64,000 nt of DNA from positions 80,193 to 144,192 of the IMG/VR virus record IMGVR_UViG_3300046170_000148. One strand, 5' to 3'. A program made the position numbers and the translations under genes. Source of the DNA: a virus. Under the pieces are notes generated by a model. It saw only the letters and a list, made by a program, of their open reading frames with translations. It did no database searches and was not told where the DNA came from. Shown piece after piece: positions 49,829 to 59,396 of the stretch; positions within the stretch are counted from its first letter, which is position 1, and the number at the start of each line of letters is the position of its first letter.

Positions 49829-50505
49829 TATGCTCCATATGTTGATGATTTTTCAAGTGCAATAAAGTATTCAGTCGGTGACTGTTTACTCGTGAATTTA
49901 GAGATTAGTTTAGATGAAACCTCAACATCATAGTCTTCGTTAATAACTTTTACATTACCAACATTCAGAACGAAGTTGAAGTCAACTCCTTCTGGATATG
50001 TCCCCTCTACTTCAATAGAGAAGGTATTGGAAGTTCTGTCTTCGGTGTCAGTGACAGTCAGACAGACCGCACCAGTTGCAGGGGTGACCGAGATATTCTC
50101 ATGACCCAGTGCAGCGGCGGCACGTTTTACTTTACTCAATGTGTCAGTATCTAGGGTGAATTTAACTTCCGCTTCTGGCATGTCAATGTTACGGCCTGGC
50201 GATGTCAACATCTCAGGGTCAGAGAAGAAATACTTCACCGATGAACGACCCGTAGAGTCACCGACCACAACGTAGTCAGTCTCAAACTTCAGACGGGGTT
50301 CGTCAACCAGAGACAGGACATTCAGAAACTCATTCAAGTCGTAGATGCCAAATGTCTGTGGGAAGGATTCGGTTGTCTCAGCAGAGGACAACACGTTACG
50401 CGCAACCGAAATAGTCTTCAGTGTGTTACCTTCAGTAATCACAATGTTCGGATTAATGGTTGCATAGTTTTTCAAAATGTTTAATGTAGTATCAGTTAGT
50501 TCCAT
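49828..50505 (-). CDS. 45: Sliding clamp (gp45)
   Basis: LKNYATINPN, FGIYDLNEFL, YFIALE. Confidence 0.95.
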   Translation of the reverse strand: MELTDTTLNILKNYATINPNIVITEGNTLKTISVARNVLSSAETTESFPQTFGIYDLNEFLNVLSLVDEPRLKFETDYVVVGDSTGRSSVKYFFSDPEMLTSPGRNIDMPEAEVKFTLDTDTLSKVKRAAAALGHENISVTPATGAVCLTVTDTEDRTSNTFSIEVEGTYPEGVDFNFVLNVGNVKVINEDYDVEVSSKLISKFTSKQSPTEYFIALEKSSTYGA

Positions 50506-50537
50506 AATAATAACCTTTCATGTTTCAGTGTGTTTAT

Positions 50538-50566
50538 ACTATAACATAGTTGACGTATAATGTCAA
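50538..50566 (-). promoter_or_regulatory. Sigma70 promoter TTGACA-N17-TATAGT
   Basis: Read directly. Confidence 0.8.
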
Positions 50567-52285
50567 GCAGCTTTTTAACTTCGAGAAGTTTTTTTCTTTG
50601 ACAAATTCTATCTTGCGTTGGAATGCTGCATCTTCCAACTCAGACTTGTGAGATATGACAAAGACATTGGTGTCTTCTGCGACAGTCGCAATAATCTTCA
50701 TCAGGTTCTCGATACCGTCCTCATCCAGTGATGAGTCGAAGGTTTCGTCCAACACCAGTAGGTTGGTTGCCACAGAGTTCTTCATCTTGGCAATCTGTCT
50801 CCATGTGAACAACAACGACAAGTCAATCCGTTGTTTCTCACCCTCAGAGAATGAGTCGTAGGAGAATGCGTCACGATGTCGTGACCGAATGGTTTCCTCA
50901 AATGCCTCATCCAAATTGAAGTGGACAAAGAAGTCAAGGATGTTGAGATACTCGTTGGTCAGTTTGTTGATGACAGGAATATACTGTTTGATAATCTTGG
51001 TCTTGATACCAGTGTCCTTCAACATCTCTGCACTGACCCGATAGTAGGAACTCTGTTCCGATAGTTTATACTTCTCGTCTTGCAGTCCCTCTTTCTCTAC
51101 ACGGAGTGTTTCCAGTTCAGTATTCGCTTCACTGAGGTCACCTCTCTCTTCAGACAATACAGTGAGTTCAGTGTTAATGACATCAATGGTTCGGTTAATT
51201 GACCCAATCTCTTGAGCATTTGCATTGACCTTTGATTGCCATTCCCGTATACTGTCCATCTTTGTTTGCAACTCTTCTTGTTGCGCGAGTAGAGTTTCTC
51301 TTTGGGCTTCACCCATGTCGAGTGCGTTTTTAATAGTCCCCGCTTTGGTTTTACATTTGTCAAGATGATAGTTCTTCGTTGTCTCATCAATATCTTGTTC
51401 GCATGTCGGACATGTATCGTTCTCTTGGAAAAACTTCGCCTGCTTGACAACTTCTTTTTGTTGTGTTTTGAACTGCGCCATGTATTGGTCAATGGAGGCA
51501 ATATCCTTAGATACCTTAGTTGTTCCTTCATTGACACTTGGGGTCTTCTCAGTGATTTCACTTGTCAGTTCCTCATTCGATTCGTTCAGGACACGAATGT
51601 CTTCCTGCAAAGATTTGATTGTGTCGAGTTTCTCTTTTTTCTGCTGTGCAGTTATTTCACTCAGGTCTCGAAGATACTTTTTCTGTGCGTTAATCTTCGT
51701 CTCTACCATACTCAGTTCATGAGCATTATCACTAATCTTGTCTTTCAGGATAGACATTCGCTCCTTCAACAACCCGTTCATCTTACTGAACACGTTGATA
51801 TCAAGTAGGTCTTCAATCACATCACGCCGAGCTTGAGAGGTAAGTTGCATGAAAGGCACGAAGGATGAAGACCCCAGAACCACAATTTGATGGAAGGACT
51901 TGTGGTTCAACTTGATAATGTTATTCTCTAGCATCGTTTGATATTCCCGTGCATGAGAATTCTGGTTCACCATATTACCATTGACCCATATCTCAAACTT
52001 TGCTGGTTTGATACCACGGACAACTTTGTAATTTTGTGAACCAATCCGAAACTCAACCTCAACCAACGTCCCCTTGTTGTTGATGGAGTTGACGAGTTGT
52101 GGTTTCGAAATCTTACGGTGCGGCTTACCAAATAAACCAAAGGAGAGAGCGTCTAACATGGTAGACTTACCCGCACCGTTTTGACCCACCACGAGTGTGG
52201 TAGGGGAAGTATCGAATTCAATCTCTGTAAAATTATTTCCCGTCGATAGGAAGTTCTTGAATCTCAGTTTCTCGAAATGTATCAT
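50563..52285 (-). CDS. 46: Recombination endonuclease ATPase subunit (gp46, Rad50-like)
   Basis: GQNGAGKS, CPTC hook, FSEGEK, LDE; removing one A at ~50573 gives an end of KLKAA* at 50563. Confidence 0.95.
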
Positions 52286-52400
52286 CTTCTGTAAGACCGC
52301 ACCAGTCGCACGGTGTCCCTTTCTCAAATCCCATTATGTCTTTCTGCACTTTACAATAGTGTTCCCAGAAAGCAAATCCATCACTAAATCCTAGACCCAT
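52233..52400 (-). CDS. 55-aa putative Zn-binding microprotein
   Basis: WEHYC..PCDWC; TAATG-coupled to gp47. Confidence 0.55.
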   Translation of the reverse strand: MGLGFSDGFAFWEHYCKVQKDIMGFEKGTPCDWCGLTEDDTFRETEIQELPIDGK

Positions 52401-53458
52401 TACACAATCTCCATTGTCTGTGCTTCCATCATAAGGTCAGATATCTCTTTCTTAATCCTACCCTTATCTAGGTCTGTATTAACAGCATCAATATAATTAT
52501 ACACGATTGTTTCAGTATCGTCAAGCGAAATCTCTTCGTCCCCGACATTTTCTCCGATGAACTCTTTGAAGTCCTCTTGAATTTTCAGTTCGTGTATCTT
52601 CTGAGCCTGCACACGGTCAATGAACCGTTCAAACTCATAGGGGTCACCCTTGTTGGTGACAATGACCTTGACGAACTTGTTGTCCAAATACTTGAGGTCT
52701 TTGAACTTGTTCATGTTCTCGTGGTCGTAGTAAATCTTCTCATAGATTGTGATTGGGTTACGCACCGCAGTCACTTCTCTTGTTTCCGTATCAAGAATGT
52801 GGAAATACTTGTCATCGTTGCAGTCGTTCCAGAAGAACTCCATCTGACTTCCCAGATAGTGAATGTTACCCTGTGATGACTTGGCATGGAAGTGACCAGA
52901 GAGAACTGACTCAAAACGGTCAAACAGTTTTGGAGACATACCATCTTGACATGGCATACCCTTCTGCATTTCAAACCCTTGTAGTTCTAGGTGTGCGCCA
53001 ATGAAGTCTACCTTACAAGTCTTAATGAACTCTACGGACTCCTTTTCATTATCAGGACAAATCCACGGAACAAGCCCAATCTTCAAACCATCATAGTCCA
53101 TGACCTTTGGTTTGAGAATAAGATTGACCTCATTCATATAGTGACCCTGTAACTCTTTGAGAGCATTCAGTTCAGTCGTGTTCTTATAATACATGTCATG
53201 GTTACCGATGATGATGTCCATCGTGATACCATATTGACGCAAAGGTTCTAGAAAGATTTTGCGATTGTGTTGCAGTGCCTTGAAGTTGATTGTCTTACGA
53301 TTGTCGTAGTAATCACCCAAGTGCAGAATGTGTTTGATATCGTTCTCTAACAGATAGGGAAAGAACACGTCCCGATAGAACTGTTCTTGGTAATCCATAA
53401 AGATGTCAGAGGAGTTGCGAATACCGCAGTGCGTATCATTAAGAATCGCTATCTGCAT
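52400..53458 (-). CDS. 47: Recombination endonuclease nuclease subunit (gp47, Mre11-like)
   Basis: DTH, HLGD, GNHD, SGHFH. Confidence 0.95.
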   Translation of the reverse strand: MQIAILNDTHCGIRNSSDIFMDYQEQFYRDVFFPYLLENDIKHILHLGDYYDNRKTINFKALQHNRKIFLEPLRQYGITMDIIIGNHDMYYKNTTELNALKELQGHYMNEVNLILKPKVMDYDGLKIGLVPWICPDNEKESVEFIKTCKVDFIGAHLELQGFEMQKGMPCQDGMSPKLFDRFESVLSGHFHAKSSQGNIHYLGSQMEFFWNDCNDDKYFHILDTETREVTAVRNPITIYEKIYYDHENMNKFKDLKYLDNKFVKVIVTNKGDPYEFERFIDRVQAQKIHELKIQEDFKEFIGENVGDEEISLDDTETIVYNYIDAVNTDLDKGRIKKEISDLMMEAQTMEIV

Positions 53459-53570
53459 TGCGAACTCTCCTAAGTGCTTCGGCCATGCTTAGTTTTACGG
53501 CACTACTATTCTGTAGTTTGATTGCCTTCTTACGTTCTTTACGAACTGTAACTCTCTTCTCTTTATCCAT
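53439..53570 (-). CDS. 43-aa basic hypothetical protein
   Basis: MDKEKRVTVRKERKKAIKLQ; coupled start. Confidence 0.5.
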   Translation of the reverse strand: MDKEKRVTVRKERKKAIKLQNSSAVKLSMAEALRRVRNADSDS

Positions 53571-53734
53571 CAGTAACTTAACCTCTCTGACTCAATGATT
53601 GTTCTACTCTCTTCTATCCACTCTTGGTAAGACTTATTGTCTTTATATAACTCACGTTTCTCAGGTGTGCCGAAATACTCGACAACCCATCGCGCTTGTT
53701 CTAGGGTCTTCCCGTGATAAGATAACTTTTTCAT
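53570..53734 (-). CDS. Hypothetical protein
   Basis: Start corrected to MKKLSY just behind the promoter (near-leaderless). Confidence 0.55.
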   Translation of the reverse strand: MKKLSYHGKTLEQARWVVEYFGTPEKRELYKDNKSYQEWIEESRTIIESERLSY

Positions 53735-53740
53735 TTTTAT

Positions 53741-53769
53741 ATTATACCAAATACGACATACAATGTCAA
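53741..53769 (-). promoter_or_regulatory. Consensus sigma70 promoter TTGACA-N17-TATAAT
   Basis: Read directly. Confidence 0.9.
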
Positions 53770-53779
53770 GTAAAAAGAT

Positions 53780-53855
53780 TGGCTCCACCTGCTGGGCTCG
53801 AACCAGCGACCTAATGATTAACAGTCATCCGCTCTACCAACTGAGCTAAGGTGGA
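53780..53855 (-). tRNA. tRNA-Asn(GUU)
   Basis: 76-nt cloverleaf, CT-GTT-AA loop, CCA. Confidence 0.95.
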
Positions 53856-53861
53856 ATAATG

Positions 53862-53951
53862 TGGCGGAGGGTGAGAGATTCGAACTCTCGAAGGGCGTGA
53901 ACCCTTGCTGGTTTTCAAGACCAGTGCTTTCAACCACTCAGCCAACCCTCC
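53862..53951 (-). tRNA. tRNA-Ser(UGA)
   Basis: Long variable arm, CT-TGA-AA loop, GCCA end. Confidence 0.95.
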
Positions 53952-54538
53952 TAATCTGAAATAAAATCACTCAAGTCAGAGTCAACTTTGACCGTGCGTT
54001 TCTTGCGTTCCTTCTTGACAACCTCTTTCCACTCAGAGTCTTTCTCTTTGATTTCATCAATCCGAATACGGAGTTGGTCAACAAATGCTTGTGCGACAGA
54101 GGCAGACTGAGCATCACCCAACTCATTATCAAGGAAGTTCTCAATACCAGACTGGTTAATATACTTCATCTTGATATCTTGTTGTTTCTTTTCTTTCTCG
54201 ATGCGGCGTAGAAAAGCATACCATGAAATCTGTGTGAAGTATGCAAACGCATTTGGTTTACCTGTGCGTGTTGCTTTATCAATGTCATAGTTCTCGATTG
54301 CTTTGAGACAGTTCTCAACAGCATCCATCACCATCTCTTCACGATAGGTGTATCGAACAAAGTTAGACTTATGAGACAGACCTTCAGAGATTTTCAGAAA
54401 ACATTGTGCAATGTAATCCGTAACCTTTGGTAAGTCTTTTTCTCGTTCTCTTGCATGTTTTACTTTAGTGCAATAGTCAACAACAGCCTGAGAAAACTCT
54501 GCGTTATTGACATAGTGTGGTCTATCTTTTGGTTTCAT
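53951..54538 (-). CDS. 55: Late-transcription sigma factor (gp55)
   Basis: HYVNN.EF, NFVRYTYREEMV.DAVENC, NAFAYFTQI. Confidence 0.95.
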   Translation of the reverse strand: MKPKDRPHYVNNAEFSQAVVDYCTKVKHAREREKDLPKVTDYIAQCFLKISEGLSHKSNFVRYTYREEMVMDAVENCLKAIENYDIDKATRTGKPNAFAYFTQISWYAFLRRIEKEKKQQDIKMKYINQSGIENFLDNELGDAQSASVAQAFVDQLRIRIDEIKEKDSEWKEVVKKERKKRTVKVDSDLSDFISD

Positions 54539-54559
54539 AATTTACTCCATTATGTAAAC

Positions 54560-54588
54560 ATTATACTACAATTTTCTCTTCATGTCAA
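54560..54588 (-). promoter_or_regulatory. Consensus sigma70 promoter for gp55
   Basis: TTGACA-N17-TATAAT. Confidence 0.9.
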
Positions 54589-54601
54589 CTAAAAAAAGTG
54601 C

Positions 54602-54630
54602 TTGACAAAACTTGTAATCCGTGTTATAAT
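54602..54630 (+). promoter_or_regulatory. Consensus sigma70 promoter pointing antisense into upstream genes
   Basis: TTGACA-N17-TATAAT on + strand, back-to-back with the gp55 promoter. Confidence 0.8.
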
Positions 54631-55214
54631 TAAGATGTCTTTTGGGAAGGGTTGGATACCACAGTTCCGGCGACACAATACCTGTGTCCTTCAAATTGTT
54701 TCGAAACTGTTTCGTGTATCATGTGACCTCTAAAAATAACAAGCATTCCATTCTCAACCTTTAATTCATAATCCATATTAGGAAAAATCAATCCTGAACA
54801 ATCTTCAGGAGGATTAATGTAATAAGTGAAAGCAAATGTTGCTGGCCAGTGGTCATGTGGCGTTGTAATTTCTCCACTATTATATCTTGTCCCCCACATC
54901 ACATTACAACTAAGGGTATCTATGTATGTATTATACCACCATTCATTATTGTAACGAAATACATGGTTAGGATGTTCAGTCTGTAAGTCATATGTAAAAT
55001 CTTGACAGGACTTGAGAACGAGTTGGGATAGTTTTTCGAATTCTGGATAAACCTCATGCATATTTCCTAATGTGCAATCAGCTTTCACATTAGTGGTATG
55101 ATTCATTGCATCACCCAACTCATCAATGCGATTCACTATTGATGAGTTCATATCTTCATCATCTAATGTCGTTACAAAGATATATTCATTATCATCATTA
55201 CGAAGAGTTAACAT
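54630..55214 (-). CDS. 2OG-Fe(II) oxygenase-like protein
   Basis: PHDHW..FTYY, GMLVIF..HMIHE..RYCVAG. Confidence 0.75.
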   Translation of the reverse strand: MLTLRNDDNEYIFVTTLDDEDMNSSIVNRIDELGDAMNHTTNVKADCTLGNMHEVYPEFEKLSQLVLKSCQDFTYDLQTEHPNHVFRYNNEWWYNTYIDTLSCNVMWGTRYNSGEITTPHDHWPATFAFTYYINPPEDCSGLIFPNMDYELKVENGMLVIFRGHMIHETVSKQFEGHRYCVAGTVVSNPSQKTS

Positions 55215-55703
55215 TTAGTGTAGAGTCCTCTTGGACGGGTCAAACTGTATAATATTATCATCGGAGTCACCCGAAATTTTTTCAACATACTCTTCAAGTT
55301 TACTGGCTTCTTCCAATACTTGTCGTGTCATCTTATTTACACTATCAATATCTTCGAAGGGTTCGTCTCCCCGACTCTGTAGATATTCTTTGTTGCGTTG
55401 TTCCCACATCTTTGCCATATCATCTACCGCTTCATCATACTGTGAGATAAGTGACACAGGCGGTTGTGCAATACCAATAACATGATTGCCATTGAGGACT
55501 AGAAGGTCATCAGGATTTTCTTGATAGACCATCCACGGACGGAACGAGTAGTAACGAACACCAGTCTCCATTTCGCCCATCACAAGTTTCATGGCCTTCC
55601 TCACGACAAGTTCTAGTTCTTCTTCGTTATTCCATTGAATTACTTCACAGACGATTTCTTCACCTGATGCGAGTTTGAACTGTCTTACTTCGTTTTCTGC
55701 CAT
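55215..55703 (-). CDS. Conserved T4-like protein (Sm-like fold)
   Basis: FKLASGEEIVCEV, RPWM; late promoter at 55726-55733. Confidence 0.7.
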   Translation of the reverse strand: MAENEVRQFKLASGEEIVCEVIQWNNEEELELVVRKAMKLVMGEMETGVRYYSFRPWMVYQENPDDLLVLNGNHVIGIAQPPVSLISQYDEAVDDMAKMWEQRNKEYLQSRGDEPFEDIDSVNKMTRQVLEEASKLEEYVEKISGDSDDNIIQFDPSKRTLH

Positions 55704-55724
55704 AGTTTTTCCTTCATTAAATAA

Positions 55725-57339
55725 TTATTTATACGAGAGTTTACTTCTTTTATATTCTTCTATAAATTCATCTCGTATTCGTAAATTAGCTCGTTTTTTT
55801 GCGGGTGATTTATAATAATCTTTAACACCACTTATATCACCATTTTTATATTCAGTCATCCAAGCATTAGCACCCTCAAAACAATATGTTGAATCTATTT
55901 TCTTCTCAGCTCTTTCACTGATGAAATCTCTACACCAATCAATAGCATCAACCCAACCATAATCACCACTAGGGTGAATCCAAGAATTCATATCAACTTG
56001 AAAATTATTATTCTGGTTTTGTTGTCTCTGTCTCTCCACCTCTTCTAATATAGCTTTGAGAGATGGAGTTAATGTATTATACGATGGGTTCTCTTCGAAT
56101 GTGTAACCTATGTTAACAAAATCATCTGTGATACTACCATCAAGTTTGTCGAGGCCCATCACCTGTTCCATACGCTTGTTGTAAAAATAATGGTAGATAT
56201 GCAACAGTATTATCTTTCCAATATGTATTTAACCACTCCTTACCATCATCTAGAGTTTCAAAAGACTCATGTGGAAGACCACAAATCATGGTCATAGAAC
56301 CTTCATAAAAATACGGACTTTTTTCCCAGAAGTAATCCTGAATCTCCAGAAGACCATCTTTCATCTTATCGGGATGCATACCCTTACCCATAGTCTTAGC
56401 CGACTCGTGATTGAAGGATTCTACACCATAACTATGTGAGGTAAATCCAGCATCAATCATATCGTCCCATGTCTCTTTACCATGATGGATAAGAAGGTCT
56501 GCTCGAGCGTAACCGTTAAGTTGAGGTTGGAAGTTCAATTTCCGAACAGCATCACCAACCATTTTCATTTTATCTTTACTATCGTTCACCGTATCGTCGG
56601 TGATATAGTAACTTTCAATTCCCCAACGTTCATAGTTTTCTTTTAATTCATCATGAACACTTTCCTCATCCCTCATCATATTGCCTTTAAGACCTAGTAG
56701 AGGAAAGCTACAATACTTACATTTGAAACGACAACCTCGACCCAATTCGATATTTAGAGTTTCGTATGGTTGAATGAAATCCCGTTCCTCGTAAGAAATA
56801 TTCGCATCTCTCTTTGGGTAACATGGATAGTCTTTTGTCGTATCAATAATCTTAGTTCCAAGTCGGTCGAGTGTAGTTTCTTTGGGTGGTTCTCCTTGAC
56901 CCATCAAATACTTCAATACAGCATCTATAGCATACTCACCATTACCGGCAATGAAATAATCTGCATTTACACATGTGATTGCATAGCCCTTCACACCACC
57001 AGAAATTACTTTAACCCACGGATATTTTTTTCTCACATAATCAAACAATTTATTAATGTTCTCAACTGCGTCTAGTTGAGCATAGAAAAGTAAACTTACA
57101 CCGATGAATACTGTATCCTTAGTAATTCTCTTATCGACATAATCAGTCAATTCATCATATGAAAATTTCCAAAGGTAATCAAGACATTCGATGTCCCATC
57201 CTTGTTTTCTTAGGTGAGTTGCGATTCTGTGATTTCCAAAAGAACGATAGTAATCGGGTTCTCCATAAACTCTTAGTCCAGTGCTATTTTGTTCGAAGAA
57301 AGAGGTGACCTTAAACCCACCAAATAATAGTCCATGCAT
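55725..57339 (-). CDS. B12-binding-type radical SAM protein (joined across extra T near 56184)
   Basis: GRGCRFKCKYC, DDTVN, GVES, ICGLPHE; N-terminal SGG..GNGE. Confidence 0.85.
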
Positions 57340-58820
57340 TATTTCAAGTCTACTTTATAAATCTTATGAGGGAACTGTTCTTTGGTATATATCTTAATTC
57401 TTTCTGCGCTGTGTCGTAGGGTAAAGTTCTTGTGTGACCTAATGTGTAAGTCATCTGCGATATCGTAGAGTTGTGTGACCGACCCGTCATCTGACTGACG
57501 CAAGCCCCGTCCTATCGATTGCAGAACCTTGACCTGAGACTTACTAGGACTAGCAAAGACAATGTTATGCAGATTCCTAATGTTGATGCCTGTGCTAAAA
57601 GTGCCAAGTGATGCGACGATGATAGCATTTTTCTGTTTCTCCACGATGCCGCGAATCTGTTCGCGGTCAGTTGCATCCACCTCACCCGACACATAGAAAA
57701 TCTTGCGACCTTCCTCTGCCTTGTCTCTCATCATGTCAAAGAGAATCTTACCATGTTTCTCTACGAACTGAAAGAGAACCAGAGTGTTACCTGTCTGGTC
57801 AAGTGCGAGATTGGTGATTAGTTTATTACGTTTCTCATTGCGAACAATGTAGTCAATCTCTTCCTGATAGGTTGCGTCCTTCAACATATGACATACATCA
57901 TTGTGATACCGCAACAACAGGACAGATATATTTAGTTTCGCAAGCGTTCCCTTCTCCTGTAAATCCCGTGTCATAGTGACACGTTTGGTTGGCCCGAACA
58001 GACCCTCCAATACCAGTTTGTTGGTTTCAGTGCCGTCAAGCGTGCCAGTGGTGCCGAAACGGTATTCTGCGTTGACACACTTGTTCATGATACCTGACAG
58101 GGACTTTGCCTTGAACAAATGCACCTCATCTCCAAATACGCAACCGAAGTTTTCGAACCATTCCTTCGGGAACTTGTAGATAGATTGCCACGTTGAGATG
58201 ACGATTTGTTTGTCGGTGGTCTTGTCCTTACCAGAATAAATCTTGTGACATAGGTCGGGGTCAAATCCGTAGTCGGCAAAGTCCTTGTGCATCTGTTCTA
58301 CCAGACTCGTTGTAGGAACAACAATAAGAATCTGTTTATCATAGTTGTCGATATACCAACGCATAAGATTATAGATGATGAATGACTTACCCGAACCTGT
58401 GGGCGACAGGAGAACCGCTCGTTTCTTTTCGATGCCGTGAGTGACCGCATCATACTGATAGTCACGCAACTCAAAGGGCATCTCTAGTTCACTCTGGAAC
58501 TTTACAAGGTTCTGGTGTTGGATATGGTTTGTTTGTGCGGGGTGTCCGTAGTCCGTCTCCTGTAGTTGGAGAGGATACATGCGGTCAGAACAAAACTTCT
58601 TCAGATGGTCATAGAGACCAACGTTCAGTTCGCGAGTGACCTGATTGAATAGTTTGATTTTACCGTCCCACTTGCGTGACTTATACATCGGCATAAACTT
58701 ATAGCCGGGGACGAAGAATGAAAAGTAGTCGCGTAGTTCTGGTAGTTGATGTGCTTCACAGTCAACCAACATCATAGAATGGTCTTTAAGACCGACAGTT
58801 ATAGTATTGGGAAGAGACAT
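57339..58820 (-). CDS. uvsW: UvsW SF2 helicase
   Basis: LRDYQ, SPTGSGKS, DEVH, QSIGRGLR. Confidence 0.95.
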   Translation of the reverse strand: MSLPNTITVGLKDHSMMLVDCEAHQLPELRDYFSFFVPGYKFMPMYKSRKWDGKIKLFNQVTRELNVGLYDHLKKFCSDRMYPLQLQETDYGHPAQTNHIQHQNLVKFQSELEMPFELRDYQYDAVTHGIEKKRAVLLSPTGSGKSFIIYNLMRWYIDNYDKQILIVVPTTSLVEQMHKDFADYGFDPDLCHKIYSGKDKTTDKQIVISTWQSIYKFPKEWFENFGCVFGDEVHLFKAKSLSGIMNKCVNAEYRFGTTGTLDGTETNKLVLEGLFGPTKRVTMTRDLQEKGTLAKLNISVLLLRYHNDVCHMLKDATYQEEIDYIVRNEKRNKLITNLALDQTGNTLVLFQFVEKHGKILFDMMRDKAEEGRKIFYVSGEVDATDREQIRGIVEKQKNAIIVASLGTFSTGINIRNLHNIVFASPSKSQVKVLQSIGRGLRQSDDGSVTQLYDIADDLHIRSHKNFTLRHSAERIKIYTKEQFPHKIYKVDLK

Positions 58821-59266
58821 TATGCTCCTGCTTCAAACTGTCTCCATCTAATCATGTTACCGATTGTCTGATGCCGCCAGTTTAGATTACTCACGATTTC
58901 TTCAAGAGTATCTATAATCGTTTTAAGATACTGGATTCTCATCTCTGAGTCCTGTATCTCTGGGTCACTATCATAGTAGTGTTCCATCTCACCTTTGAGT
59001 ATCTTGAGACCATTGAAGGGGTCAGGATTCCAACCCTTCTCCTTCAACTGTTCTTCATCCATCTTACCGTTGTAGTATAACCACTTGTCCTTGAGGAGTT
59101 CTTTCTGTTTGAACTCAGCCTTCTTCAGACGTAGTTTGGTAAGAGAGAGATACTCAAGATACTTCGAGTGTAACGCAGGGGTCACACGCGAAGTCTCGTC
59201 AAGTTGGTGTTTCGCAATCTGCGAATCTTCTTTCCACTCAGCGAGGATTGTTTCTAAATCAATCAT
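58820..59266 (-). CDS. uvsY: Recombination mediator UvsY
   Basis: W.EDS.I, LHSKY, KW.YY.GK, I.N.I.W.QF.AG. Confidence 0.9.
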   Translation of the reverse strand: MIDLETILAEWKEDSQIAKHQLDETSRVTPALHSKYLEYLSLTKLRLKKAEFKQKELLKDKWLYYNGKMDEEQLKEKGWNPDPFNGLKILKGEMEHYYDSDPEIQDSEMRIQYLKTIIDTLEEIVSNLNWRHQTIGNMIRWRQFEAGA

Positions 59267-59282
59267 CTTGGTATCCTGATAT

Positions 59283-59356
59283 TGGAGCGGACGGAGAGAA
59301 TCGAACTCCCGTCGATGGGTTGGAAACCCACTGCATTACCACTATGCTACATCCGC
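59283..59356 (-). tRNA. tRNA-Gly(UCC)
   Basis: 74-nt cloverleaf, TT-TCC-AA loop, TCCA end. Confidence 0.95.
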
Positions 59357-59367
59357 ATTGTGTTTAT

Positions 59368-59396
59368 ATATTAACACATTATAGGGTAAATGTCAA
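59368..59396 (-). promoter_or_regulatory. Sigma70 promoter TTGACA-N17-TAATAT for tRNA-Gly/uvsY
   Basis: Read directly; overlaps stop at 59393. Confidence 0.8.

Noticed and set aside
53862-53951. tRNA with 'TGA' as a suppressor or selenocysteine tRNA, or genome recoding
   Set aside because: Anticodon UGA reads UCA (Ser); TGA, TAG and TAA all act as normal stops in the window.
140-56190. About 19 frameshifts (nrdB, gp43, uvsX, regA, gp46 end, cyclase, radical SAM and others) as programmed frameshifting or pseudogenes
   Set aside because: Each is repaired by deleting one base, mostly in a short homopolymer. They hit essential genes and share no slippery motif. This is best explained by long-read insertion errors; raw reads would confirm.
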